64,000 bases of DNA from Solibaculum mannosilyticum (GTDB taxonomy: Bacteria; Bacillota; Clostridia; Oscillospirales; Acutalibacteraceae), in NCBI RefSeq assembly GCF_015140235.1, contig NZ_AP023321.1, positions 2,421,842-2,485,841 of the forward strand, in the 5' to 3' direction. Positions 26,366-34,983 of the stretch are shown in pieces. Position numbers and translations under genes: made by a program. The notes under the pieces are model-generated. The model saw only the letters and a list, made by a program, of their open reading frames with translations. It was not told where the DNA came from and did not search any database. How positions within the stretch are numbered: position 1 is the first letter of the stretch; each line of letters starts with the position of its first letter.

Positions 26366-28021
26366 ATGCGCAGTGATAACATGAAAGCCGGCCCGACTCG
26401 TGCGCCGCATCGTTCCCTTTTGAAGGCGCTCGGCCTGACCGATGCTGAAATCGGACGTCCCTTTGTGGCGGTCGTTAACTCCTGGAGTGACTACATTCCG
26501 GGCCACACCCATCTTCGCGATATCAGTGAGGCGGTTAAGGCCGGCATCCGCAACGCCGGCGGCGTCCCCTTCGAGTTTAACACCATCGGCGTATGCGACG
26601 GCCTCTCTATGAACCATGTGGGTATGAAGTATTCCCTGGCTTCCCGGGAGCTGATCGCCGATTCCATCGAGGTCATGCTGACCGCCCATCCATTGGACGC
26701 CATTGTGTTTATCCCCAACTGCGATAAAATCGTCCCGGCCATGCTGATGGCCGCTTGTCGGATGAACCTGCCCAGCATCTTCGTCAGCGGCGGCCCCATG
26801 GCCCCCGGTTCCGACGGCCAAAGACGCATGGGCCTTTCGGAGATGTTTGAAGCGGTGGGCAGCCATGCCGCCGGCAAAATCACCGACGCTCAGCTCTATG
26901 AACTGGAGAATTCCGCCTGCCCCACCTGCGGCTCCTGCTCGGGTATGTACACCGCCAATTCCATGAACTGCCTGACCGAGGCCATCGGCATGGCCCTGCC
27001 GGGCAACGGTACCATCCCGGCCACCTCATCGGCACGCAAACGTCTGGCTAAGACAGCCGGTGAACGGGTCATGGAACTGCTTAAAGAAGATATTAAGCCT
27101 TCCGATATCCTGACGCCCCATGCTTTTGAAAACGCCCTGCGTTCGGATATGGCTTTGGGCTGTTCGTCCAATACCGTGCTGCACCTGACGGCCATCGCCC
27201 ATGAAGCCGGCGTACCCATGGACATGGGATACATCGACACCATCAGCCGCGGTACGCCTCAGCTGTGCAAGCTCAATCCAGCCGGTTCCACCTTTATCAG
27301 CGACCTCAACGAAGTGGGCGGCATCCAGTCGGTGCTCAAGGAACTGTCTAACGCCGATCTGCTCCACACCGATTGCCTCACCGTCAACGGCACAGTATCA
27401 GACCGCATCCGTGTCGCCCCAGACGCCGACGGCACCATCATCCGCACCCTTCAAAATCCCCATCGTCCCGACGGTGGCATTGCCGTGCTGTTCGGCAATC
27501 TGGCTGAGGAGGGCGCTGTGGTCAAACAGGGCGCCGTGGCCCCTGAGATGATGCAGCACACCGGTCCAGCCCGCTGCTTTGGCTGCGAAGAGGACGCTTC
27601 CGCAGCCATTTTGGGCGGAAAGATCAACGCCGGCGACGTCGTTGTCATCCGCTATGAGGGTCCCAAAGGCGGCCCGGGTATGCGCGAAATGCTGGCTCCC
27701 ACCTCCGCATTGGCCGGTATGGGACTGGATTCTTCGGTTGCGCTCATCACCGACGGCCGTTTCTCCGGTGCCACCCGTGGCGCGGCTGTGGGCCATGTCT
27801 CCCCGGAGGCCGCGGCCGGCGGCACCATCGCCCTGGTGCAGGAAGGCGATTCCATCCAAGTGGATATCAAAAACCGCAAACTGAATCTCCTGGTGGACGA
27901 TGCTGAACTAGACGCCCGCCGCGCCCAGTGGCAAGCCCCCAAAAAGGAACTGAAGGGTTACATCAAACGGTATGCCCAATTGGTGACCTCCGGCTCCAAG
28001 GGCGCTGTGTTCCAAGATTAA
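26366..28021 (+). CDS. ilvD: Dihydroxy-acid dehydratase
   Basis: 551 aa; IlvD/Edd family with Fe-S ligand region [11 protein letters not shown] and [16 protein letters not shown]. Confidence 0.95.
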   Translation: MRSDNMKAGPTRAPHRSLLKALGLTDAEIGRPFVAVVNSWSDYIPGHTHLRDISEAVKAGIRNAGGVPFEFNTIGVCDGLSMNHVGMKYSLASRELIADSIEVMLTAHPLDAIVFIPNCDKIVPAMLMAACRMNLPSIFVSGGPMAPGSDGQRRMGLSEMFEAVGSHAAGKITDAQLYELENSACPTCGSCSGMYTANSMNCLTEAIGMALPGNGTIPATSSARKRLAKTAGERVMELLKEDIKPSDILTPHAFENALRSDMALGCSSNTVLHLTAIAHEAGVPMDMGYIDTISRGTPQLCKLNPAGSTFISDLNEVGGIQSVLKELSNADLLHTDCLTVNGTVSDRIRVAPDADGTIIRTLQNPHRPDGGIAVLFGNLAEEGAVVKQGAVAPEMMQHTGPARCFGCEEDASAAILGGKINAGDVVVIRYEGPKGGPGMREMLAPTSALAGMGLDSSVALITDGRFSGATRGAAVGHVSPEAAAGGTIALVQEGDSIQVDIKNRKLNLLVDDAELDARRAQWQAPKKELKGYIKRYAQLVTSGSKGAVFQD

Positions 28022-28048
28022 AATACGCGTTTCTTATGATGGAAGAAA

Positions 28049-28089
28049 AGGCGTCTAGAGAGATAGAAACTCTCTCTAGGCGCTTTTTG
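28049..28089 (+). terminator. Rho-independent terminator after ilvD
   Basis: gcgtctagagag-atagaaa-ctctctctaggcgc followed by TTTTT. Confidence 0.55.
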
Positions 28090-28108
28090 ACTCTCAGGAG
28101 GTGACTGT

Positions 28109-28796
28109 TATGCCCATCGACATCAGAATGTGGATGTACGAGTTTACCAAGCTTGCAAACCAGACCTTTGGCCCGCGGATCCGCTTGATCGGTCTACAAG
28201 GGAGTTACGCCCGCAGGGAGGCCTCCGAAAACAGCGACATCGACGTGGTTCTGATTCTGGACACCCTCTCCTTATCCGACTTAGAACGGTACCGGGCCAT
28301 GCTTGACCGTCTCCCTCACCGTCAGCTGGTGTGCGGATTTGTATCGGGAGCAAAGGAGCTCTCCCTGTGGGAACCTTCCGACCGGTTCCAATTTTATTTT
28401 GATACCGAACCTCTTCAGGGGAGGTTAGAAGATCTATTCCCCCCTGCCAGTAAGGAGGATGCCCGCTGTGCCGTATGGTCGGGAGCCTGTAGTATTTATC
28501 ATGGAGTTTGTCATAATTTTGTCCATGAGCGCAGTGTAAACGTCCTGGAGGCCCTGTATAAGTCGGCCCGTTTTGTGTTGCAGGCTAAGCTCTTTTATGA
28601 AACCAACACCTACTACGTCCATAAATACGGTCTGGCTCGGGTGCTCTCTCCACAGGACCTGGATATCCTGAACGGTTCCGATAAAGTCCGGAAACTGCCC
28701 GATTCCCAAGACCCGGGATTTTCTACCCTTTCCGATGCTCTTATGCAGTGGTCGGGCCATCTGATTAAGCAATTTTATCGTTCTTCCCGCAGGTAA
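28109..28796 (+). CDS. Nucleotidyltransferase-domain protein (Pol-beta superfamily, KNTase / ANT(4')-like fold); substrate unknown
   Basis: GSYARREASENSDIDVVLI motif (GS..D.D); about 230 aa; ATG at 28109 with RBS aggagg (the ORF track begins at a GTG at 28101). Confidence 0.75.
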
Positions 28797-28802
28797 CAAA
28801 AA

Positions 28803-28840
28803 AGACAGACGTGTTGAAACGTCTGTCTTTTTCTTTATTT
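28803..28840 (+). terminator. Rho-independent terminator
   Basis: aagacagacg-tgttgaa-acgtctgtctt followed by TTTCTTTATTT. Confidence 0.7.
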
Positions 28841-28848
28841 CCCTTACT

Positions 28849-28871
28849 AAATCGGCCGAATCGGCCGATTT
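28849..28871. promoter_or_regulatory. 23-bp near-perfect palindrome AAATCGGCCGAaTCGGCCGATTT (candidate protein-binding site or hairpin)
   Basis: 22 of 23 positions self-complementary; lies just downstream of the XRE-TPR regulator and the candidate peptide ORF; no T-run, so not a canonical terminator. Confidence 0.4.
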
Positions 28872-28878
28872 ATCGCCC

Positions 28879-28920
28879 CTACCCAACTGCCAGAAGAAAA
28901 AACAATCGATTATGCTGCAT
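28879..28920 (-). other. Candidate 13-aa short hydrophobic peptide ORF (MQHNRLFFLLAVG) downstream of the RNPP/Rgg-like regulator; speculative
   Basis: ATG..TAG mini-ORF 66 nt downstream of the regulator stop on the same strand; hydrophobic C-terminus as in SHP/ComS-type pheromones; weak RBS. Confidence 0.2.
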
Positions 28921-28986
28921 AAAAATCGAAAATTCACCTTGTTGTTCTCTGGGAATCTGCTACAATAAGACCTAGATGGAATGCTC

Positions 28987-29922
28987 TTATTCTTGTTTCT
29001 CCGCCTCATGGGATCCATCCGACGGCAGCCCTTTGGTGAGCAATGAGATACGCATGGATGCATAGTGATGGGCACTCTTATAATCGTCCAGCTTCATGGC
29101 GCACTGTTCCATGCATTGATACAAAAGCGCTCTTTGGGCGTGATGCGGCGCTTGTTCCCACAGTTCTTCCGCCTCGTGGCAGAGCGAAAGCGCCTCCTCC
29201 CACTGTTCCTTTGCCATGGCCACCCTGGCCTGCAACAGTCGTACTCGTCCGGCATCCAGCATACAGTGGTCGTAGTCCCCGCCCGATAGAGCATCCAGCA
29301 TGATGCGCGCCTGTTCCACCTTCCCTTGATTAAGAAACATCTCGGCGTTGATCATGGACACATGGGCGTTGGAATACGGGGTCTCGAGGGCCGAACGATA
29401 CTGCATGTAGTAGTCCCACCCCTCATTGGTGGCTTCGTCCATACAAAGGTATGCATCGGCTTTGACCGATCGAGCTCCATAGATGCTCTGATCGTTGAGC
29501 TGCATGGCCTCTTCAGCTAATTGCTTTGCCTGTTCAAATTCCCCTTGCCGCAGCAGGATCCGGGCTTTTTCCAAGCTGGCTTTGGCTCTCAGCGCATTGG
29601 CCTCTTCCAAAAAAGGTTCTTTCACCCTTTGCAGGCTGGCAAGACAGGCGTCATAATCGCCGTCACGAAAGGCCCTTTTTGCCTTTTGCAGCATGGCGAT
29701 CGGCATGGTTTGATCCTCTGGTTGTTCATCCTCCATGAGGTAAAACATGGGTACGTCCAGCACCCTGGCCAAATACTCAAGCGTCCGCATGGACGGCGTC
29801 GCCGTTCCGCTCTCGATCTGACTGAGCATGTTGCGGGTGATGAAATCCCCTACCACTTCCTTTTGGGTCATCTTCTTCTGCAGCCGCAGGGCGCGGATCT
29901 TTTTCCCCAACATTTCCGACAA
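28987..29922 (-). CDS. XRE-family HTH transcriptional regulator with C-terminal TPR domain (RNPP/Rgg-like architecture)
   Basis: N-terminal KIRALRLQKKMTQKEV..LSQIESG HTH (XRE) followed by about 230 aa of TPR-like helical repeats; 311 aa; divergent from the nfeD-floT operon. Confidence 0.8.
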   Translation of the reverse strand: MSEMLGKKIRALRLQKKMTQKEVVGDFITRNMLSQIESGTATPSMRTLEYLARVLDVPMFYLMEDEQPEDQTMPIAMLQKAKRAFRDGDYDACLASLQRVKEPFLEEANALRAKASLEKARILLRQGEFEQAKQLAEEAMQLNDQSIYGARSVKADAYLCMDEATNEGWDYYMQYRSALETPYSNAHVSMINAEMFLNQGKVEQARIMLDALSGGDYDHCMLDAGRVRLLQARVAMAKEQWEEALSLCHEAEELWEQAPHHAQRALLYQCMEQCAMKLDDYKSAHHYASMRISLLTKGLPSDGSHEAEKQE

Positions 29923-30075
29923 CTTGAGTCACCTCCCTGTGGATTAATCGCAAGCTGGTAAGTTCCATTTACTCTATTGTATCAGAACTCCCCTTCAATA
30001 ACAACCCTTGCCCTCTTGATTCCCCCGCTACTTTTGTGAAATTTAAAATTTATTTACATTTTTGCGTAAATATTA

Positions 30076-30104
30076 TTGACAATGCTATCGGCTGGATTTA
30101 TAAT
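30076..30104 (+). promoter_or_regulatory. Consensus sigma-A promoter of the nfeD-floT operon
   Basis: TTGACA, 17-nt spacer, TATAAT exactly, AT-rich upstream, 40 nt before RBS aggagg. Confidence 0.6.
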
Positions 30105-30144
30105 TTCAGTAAATATTAATTACACTTCTGAGGAGGAACTTCTT

Positions 30145-30840
30145 ATGTTGGCCTGGTGGGATGCGCTCGACGGCATCTTAAAGGTTCTTTATTGTGTGGC
30201 AATTCCCAGCACCCTTATTTTTCTTTTGGATACGGTATTGATGCTGTTTGGCTTGGGCGACGGTGCAGCGGCCAATCCATCGGATACCTCGGGTCTGGAT
30301 CTGGACGGCGACTTGGATGTGGACGCCGGATTGGATCTCCCCGATTTCCACGACGTCCATCTTCACGACGTTCATGCCGACCAGGGAAATCAGGATATAG
30401 ATCACGATATCCAGCATGCCGGCGACGATTCGGCAGGTCTTAAACTCTTTACCTTACAGGGGATCCTCATCTTTTTGGTGCTGTTCTCTTGGATCTCCAT
30501 CGCTGCCATCAGCACCGGTCTGAGTGCTTTTCCCGCCATTGTCATCGGTCTGCTGGTAGGTGCGGCCGCTCTCTACGGCACGGCAAAGCTCTTTCAGTTT
30601 TTCCGACGTATGCAGGAAAACGGCGCGTTGTCCATCCGCAACGCCTTGGGGCAGACGGCCACAGTCTATATCCCCATTCCTCCGGATAAGCGTCGGGGCG
30701 GGAAGGTGACGTTGACCATTCAGGGTTCCTTCACCGAGCTGGATGCCATCACCGAAGGGAGTGCTTCTCTCGCCACCGGCACGGCGGTAACGGTCATCGA
30801 TATCCAGGGCGATACCTTGGTGGTGGAACCCATGGAATAG
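30145..30840 (+). CDS. NfeD-like membrane protein (YuaF/YqiJ family; C-terminal OB-fold), flotillin partner
   Basis: TM helices, an acidic Asp/His-rich segment, C-terminal GTAVTVIDIQGDTLVVEP beta-barrel; start at MLAWWDAL with RBS aggagg (the longest ORF begins at 30076 inside the promoter). Confidence 0.75.
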   Translation: MLAWWDALDGILKVLYCVAIPSTLIFLLDTVLMLFGLGDGAAANPSDTSGLDLDGDLDVDAGLDLPDFHDVHLHDVHADQGNQDIDHDIQHAGDDSAGLKLFTLQGILIFLVLFSWISIAAISTGLSAFPAIVIGLLVGAAALYGTAKLFQFFRRMQENGALSIRNALGQTATVYIPIPPDKRRGGKVTLTIQGSFTELDAITEGSASLATGTAVTVIDIQGDTLVVEPME

Positions 30841-31165
30841 CAGGCAGTGCCTGCTTCCACGTCGCCCCAGGGGTTTACTGACGCTTTTACCCCGTTCACA
30901 CGGTAACAGAAGCTATCTGATATTAGATAACCTTAGTGCAGGCAGTGCCCGCTTCCACGTCGCTCTAGAGGTTTACTGACGTTTTTACCCCGTTCACACG
31001 GTAACAGAAGCTATCTGATATTAGATAACCTTAGTGCAGGCAGTGCCCGCTTCCACGTCGCTCTAGAGGTTTACTGACGTTTTTACCCCGTTCACACGGT
31101 AACAGAAGCTATCTGATATTAGATAACCTTAGTGCAGGCAGTGCCCGCTTCCACGTTGCTCTAAG
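30841..31165. repeat. Intergenic tandem repeat array: 98-bp unit in about 3.3 copies between nfeD-like and floT
   Basis: Units at 30841-30938, 30939-31036, 31037-31134 plus a 25-bp partial fourth; copies 2 and 3 are identical and copy 1 has 6 substitutions. The unit contains the near-palindrome TATCTgATATTAGATA and TCTAGAG. Confidence 0.9.
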
Positions 31166-31286
31166 ATAGTTATCGATATTTTTCCCATGGGCACGGTAAC
31201 TAGAGCAGTTTGAACCTTACCGTACATAAACAAAAGCTTCTATTCTCCGGCTTGGGGGATGGAAAACTGTAAAAGGAGGATTCTTT

Positions 31287-32714
31287 ATGACTTTCCCTGT
31301 TGTAATCTTAATTTGTATCATCGCACTGGTGCTCTTCAGTCTTCTGATCGCACTGCTTTCCCGCTATCGCAAATGCCCGTCCGACAAGGTCATGGTCATC
31401 TATGGTAAAATCGGTTCCGATCACAATGGCCAACAGCGTTCGGCAAAATGTCTCCACGGCGGCGCCGCTTTCGTCATCCCCATCATTCAAGCCTATCAGT
31501 ATCTGGACCTGACCCCCATCTCCATCAACGTGGACTTGACCAACGCCCTCTCCCGGCAGAACATCCGTGTGGACGTTCCCTCCCGCTTTACAGTGGGAAT
31601 CTCCACTGAACCGGGCATCATGCAGAATGCGGCCGAACGTCTTCTGGGCCTCAAGCTCCAGGAAATCCAGGAGCTTGCCAAGGATATCATCTTCGGCCAG
31701 TTGCGTTTGGTCATCGCCACCATGGACATTGAGGAGATCAACACCGACCGCGACAAGTTTTTGGCCGCTGTATCCAGCAATGTGGAAATCGAACTCAAAA
31801 AGATCGGCCTGCGCCTCATCAACGTAAACGTCACCGACATCAACGATGAATCCGGCTACATCGACGCTCTGGGCAAGGAAGCCGCCGCCAAAGCCATCAA
31901 CGACGCCAAAAAGAGCGTGGCTGAAAAGGACCGTGACGGTTCCATCGGTCAGGCCAACGCCCAGCGTGACCAACGCATCCAGGTGGCCGCCGCCAACGCC
32001 ACTGCCATTGAAGGCGAAAACGCCTCCAAGGTGAGCATTGCTCAATCGGAGGCTGTACGCCGTCAGAAGGAGGCTGAGGCGTTACGTCTGGCCACTGCCG
32101 CGGAGAAGGTCCAGGCGGCTAAGGCCCTTCAGGAGGCTTACGGTGCTCAGCAACAGGCTGAATTGACCCGTGCAAGCCTAGAGAAAGCATCTCAGGAGGC
32201 CGATGTCATCGTCAAGGCCGAAGTGGCCAAACGTCAGCTGGAGATCGAGGCTGAGGCCGAGGCCGAACGTATCCGCCGTCAGGCCCGAGGCGAAGCCGAC
32301 GCTATCTTCGCCAAGATGGAAGCCCAGGCAAAGGGTCTGGAAGAGATGCTGACAAAACAGGCTGCTGGTCTTGCCCGTCTTGTGGCGGCGGCTGGAGGCG
32401 ATCCCAGCGCTGCCGTCCAGCTGATGGTGGCCGACAAACTGCCTGAGCTGACCCGCATCCAGGTGGACGCCATCAAGAACCTGAAGATCGACAAGGTCAC
32501 GGTTTGGGATTCCTTAAACGGTAAGGATGGTCAGACCAATACCGCTCAATTTGTATCGGGCATGATGAAATCCGTCCCTCCCCTGGGTGACCTCTTCCGT
32601 CAGGCCGGCATGGACCTGCCCGCCTTCTTAGGCAAACCCGCTGAGGACCAGTCCTCCCATGAGGAGACGTCCGCTCCCGCCGATGCAGAAGAAATCCCCT
32701 CTGAGAAGCAATGA
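31287..32714 (+). CDS. floT: Flotillin-family SPFH/Band-7 protein (FloT/YqiK-like)
   Basis: N-terminal membrane hairpin, SPFH domain, long Ala/Glu-rich coiled-coil C-terminus (EA repeats); RBS aaaaggagg. Confidence 0.9.
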   Translation: MTFPVVILICIIALVLFSLLIALLSRYRKCPSDKVMVIYGKIGSDHNGQQRSAKCLHGGAAFVIPIIQAYQYLDLTPISINVDLTNALSRQNIRVDVPSRFTVGISTEPGIMQNAAERLLGLKLQEIQELAKDIIFGQLRLVIATMDIEEINTDRDKFLAAVSSNVEIELKKIGLRLINVNVTDINDESGYIDALGKEAAAKAINDAKKSVAEKDRDGSIGQANAQRDQRIQVAAANATAIEGENASKVSIAQSEAVRRQKEAEALRLATAAEKVQAAKALQEAYGAQQQAELTRASLEKASQEADVIVKAEVAKRQLEIEAEAEAERIRRQARGEADAIFAKMEAQAKGLEEMLTKQAAGLARLVAAAGGDPSAAVQLMVADKLPELTRIQVDAIKNLKIDKVTVWDSLNGKDGQTNTAQFVSGMMKSVPPLGDLFRQAGMDLPAFLGKPAEDQSSHEETSAPADAEEIPSEKQ

Positions 32715-32734
32715 TATACGGATAGTATCACAAA

Positions 32735-32772
32735 AGGCAGCCTCCCTTTTCTTATGGGAGACTGCCTTTTTT
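32735..32772. terminator. Bidirectional rho-independent terminator (floT / sleB convergent)
   Basis: aggcagcctccc-ttttctta-tgggagactgcct followed by TTTTTT. Confidence 0.65.
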
Positions 32773-32797
32773 CGTTCGCTGAGTGAATGCTTGTCCA

Positions 32798-33505
32798 TCA
32801 CGAGCAAAAGACGTGCTGGCCGATGCGGGTGATGATGGGCCGGGAGCGGATCCACTGATTGGTGGCGGTGGTGGGATTATAATAATAGATGGCTCCACCG
32901 CTGGGGTCCACGCCGTTAAGGGCATCCTGGGCGGCGCGATAGGCCGAATCGGCGATGGGCTGCTCAAACTGGCCGTCGTACAGGGCGGAGAATGCCCCAG
33001 GCTGATAGAGCACGCCGGCCAAGGTATTGGGGAATGACGGATGCTCGATGCGGTTCATGATGACTGCTCCTACGGCAACTTGTCCGGAATAGGGTTCTCC
33101 TCTGGCTTCGGCCGAGATCATCCGGGCCAATAGGTTAAAGTCGCTTTGGGAATACTGGCCGTTTCCTCCGGTATTTCCCTGTCCCATAATGCCCATGGCT
33201 TCCAACGTCTTGGGTCCGGCGATGCCGTCCACTTGCAGTTTATTTTTTCTCTGGAAAAAGCGTACCGCCTCCTGCGTCTCAGAGCCATAGATGCCGTCCA
33301 CTTGGCCGAAATAATATCCCCAGTTCTTTAGCTTGGTTTGAATCTGCCGAACCTCAGATCCCTGGGATCCGTATTTGGACAGTGCTTCCACCGTCAGACT
33401 AGTGGCCGGTTGGCTTTGTCCGCCTACCATATGGACAAGACCCAGCATCAGCAGGCTGACGCTAAATACCATGATTACCCTCCAAAGGGTTTTTAACCGT
33501 TCCAT
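32798..33505 (-). CDS. sleB: Spore cortex-lytic enzyme SleB family (PG_binding_1 plus Hydrolase_2 domain)
   Basis: Signal peptide, peptidoglycan-binding domain (GSQGSEVRQIQTKLKNWGYY..VDGIYG), C-terminal SleB hydrolase domain (ARMISAEARGEPYSGQVAVGAVIMNR). Confidence 0.85.
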   Translation of the reverse strand: MERLKTLWRVIMVFSVSLLMLGLVHMVGGQSQPATSLTVEALSKYGSQGSEVRQIQTKLKNWGYYFGQVDGIYGSETQEAVRFFQRKNKLQVDGIAGPKTLEAMGIMGQGNTGGNGQYSQSDFNLLARMISAEARGEPYSGQVAVGAVIMNRIEHPSFPNTLAGVLYQPGAFSALYDGQFEQPIADSAYRAAQDALNGVDPSGGAIYYYNPTTATNQWIRSRPIITRIGQHVFCS

Positions 33506-33796
33506 TTTTAAAAGCCTCCCTTCCTGTTAAAAGTTTTTTCCACGACAGGGCCATTTATCCGCAATTGGCCTGATTCTGCCTTTTCCAATTTTTTCGTATC
33601 GCTCCATTTTTATAAATGGATTGTTTGATTTCATCTGTCCTTTTCCCATGTATATTATGTGGGCGCCGTCAATATATTCAAAAATGGCTTGAAAAGAAAA
33701 TTCATTGCAAAACAGAAACTATATCCTTATTTTTATACCTCCTTTGGATGGGCTGGACAGTGGTGGTAAAAATCCATTGCTTTTGTCCGCGCGTTA

Positions 33797-33825
33797 TTGC
33801 GAAATGCGACAAGCAATGATAAAAT
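33797..33825 (+). promoter_or_regulatory. Putative promoter for the NusG-II / Gx / rnf cluster
   Basis: TTGCGA, 17-nt spacer, TAAAAT. Confidence 0.35.
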
Positions 33826-33937
33826 AGTAAAAATAGGCCGTTGTTTCGACAAGATGGAATGGCGAGAGAATTGTGGTTGCCTCCCAATCTTTCTTATGGC
33901 CTACTTTGGTATTTTATTACCGTCAAGAGGTGACGCT

Positions 33938-34321
33938 ATGGCAATGCCGCGGATTGTGCGTGCTGCCGACGTAGTGCTGATGGTATGCGCCTTGTGCGCC
34001 GCCGCAGTACTGGGTTTTGTGCTTTGGCAGCCGGGGGGAAACCAGGTAACAGCTATCGTCACCGTGGGAGCTAGTCAGCTGGATCCCATTGATCTAACCC
34101 AGGTAGAAAAAAGTTACGTGATACGTCCCGATGCTTCCCCTGCCGTCACCATCCGGGTAGAACCTGGCGCCATCTATTTCGAGCAGGCGGATTGTCCGGA
34201 TCAGTTGTGCGTAGCGGCCGGCCGTCTCACCCGGCCCGGTCAGGCGGCGGTGTGTCTGCCGGCCCGGGTGTCCATCCGGCTGGAGGGCCGGGACGACACG
34301 GTGGACGCCGTGGTATACTGA
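33938..34321 (+). CDS. NusG domain II-containing protein (DUF1312), membrane-anchored
   Basis: TM helix then beta-domain with ADCPDQLCV..GQAAVCLPARVSIRLEG motif; start at MAMPRIV with RBS (the longest ORF starts at 33797). Confidence 0.7.
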   Translation: MAMPRIVRAADVVLMVCALCAAAVLGFVLWQPGGNQVTAIVTVGASQLDPIDLTQVEKSYVIRPDASPAVTIRVEPGAIYFEQADCPDQLCVAAGRLTRPGQAAVCLPARVSIRLEGRDDTVDAVVY

Positions 34322-34350
34322 GCTGTCTGATTGCGTCAAAGGAGGGTGAT

Positions 34351-34881
34351 ATTCTGCCCGGATCACGTTTTGCCCATTCTACCCGGGGGCTGGCCTTGCT
34401 GGGTATGCTGTCGGCTTTGGCCATGGTACTTTCCGCTCTGGAGGGACTCATTCCTCCTATTCCGGGGATGCCTCCGGGAAGCAAACTGGGCCTCTCCAAT
34501 CTGGCCACCATGTACGCCGCCTTTTCTCTAGGCCCTGTTCCCGCCTTGGCGGTAGCTGTCGCAAAAGGCTTATTCGCCGGGATTATCCGGGGTGTGGTCG
34601 CCATGGGTATGAGCCTTTGCGGGGGACTTTTGAGCGCCGCCGTTATGTCGCTTCTTCTGAAAGCGGGGAAACCGTTCGGATGGGTGGGCATCGGCATCGC
34701 CGGCGCCCTGTGTCACAACGGCGGCCAGCTGATGCTCGCCTATTTGATCACCGGTCCGGCTGTGGTGGGATACGCCCCTTTTCTCGTCTTATTCGCCCTG
34801 CCCACCGGGGCGCTCACCGGCCTCACCTTGGGGATCATTACCCCGAGACTCGCAAAATTAGAGGACCGGTTCTTTTTGTAG
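34351..34881 (+). CDS. Gx transporter family protein (heptaprenyl diphosphate synthase component I-like, PF07456)
   Basis: Multi-TM protein with Gly-rich helices. Strong RBS aaaggaggg sits just after the upstream stop, implying a non-ATG (ATT/CTG) start near 34351; the first in-frame ATG is at 34405. Confidence 0.65.
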   Translation: MLPGSRFAHSTRGLALLGMLSALAMVLSALEGLIPPIPGMPPGSKLGLSNLATMYAAFSLGPVPALAVAVAKGLFAGIIRGVVAMGMSLCGGLLSAAVMSLLLKAGKPFGWVGIGIAGALCHNGGQLMLAYLITGPAVVGYAPFLVLFALPTGALTGLTLGIITPRLAKLEDRFFL

Positions 34882-34983
34882 CATCCGATTTTATCCGGAT
34901 GTTCTCCATCGTCATTTGGGACGGTGGATTTGGTACTTTGGGAATTCTCTTTGGGATTCCTACAAGGGAGGAAGATATATACT

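Noticed and set aside
26100-26384. Small ORFs (94 aa and 71 aa) overlapping copy 1 of the repeated element, and 54701..54916 (-) overlapping copy 2
   Set aside because: The frames are not conserved between the two copies. The DNA similarity is at the nucleotide and hairpin level, which fits a structured RNA or terminator element rather than a coding region.
30841-31165. Possible CRISPR array
   Set aside because: The repeats are 98 bp, directly abutting and identical along their whole length with no unique spacers, and there are no cas genes. This is a tandem minisatellite-like array.
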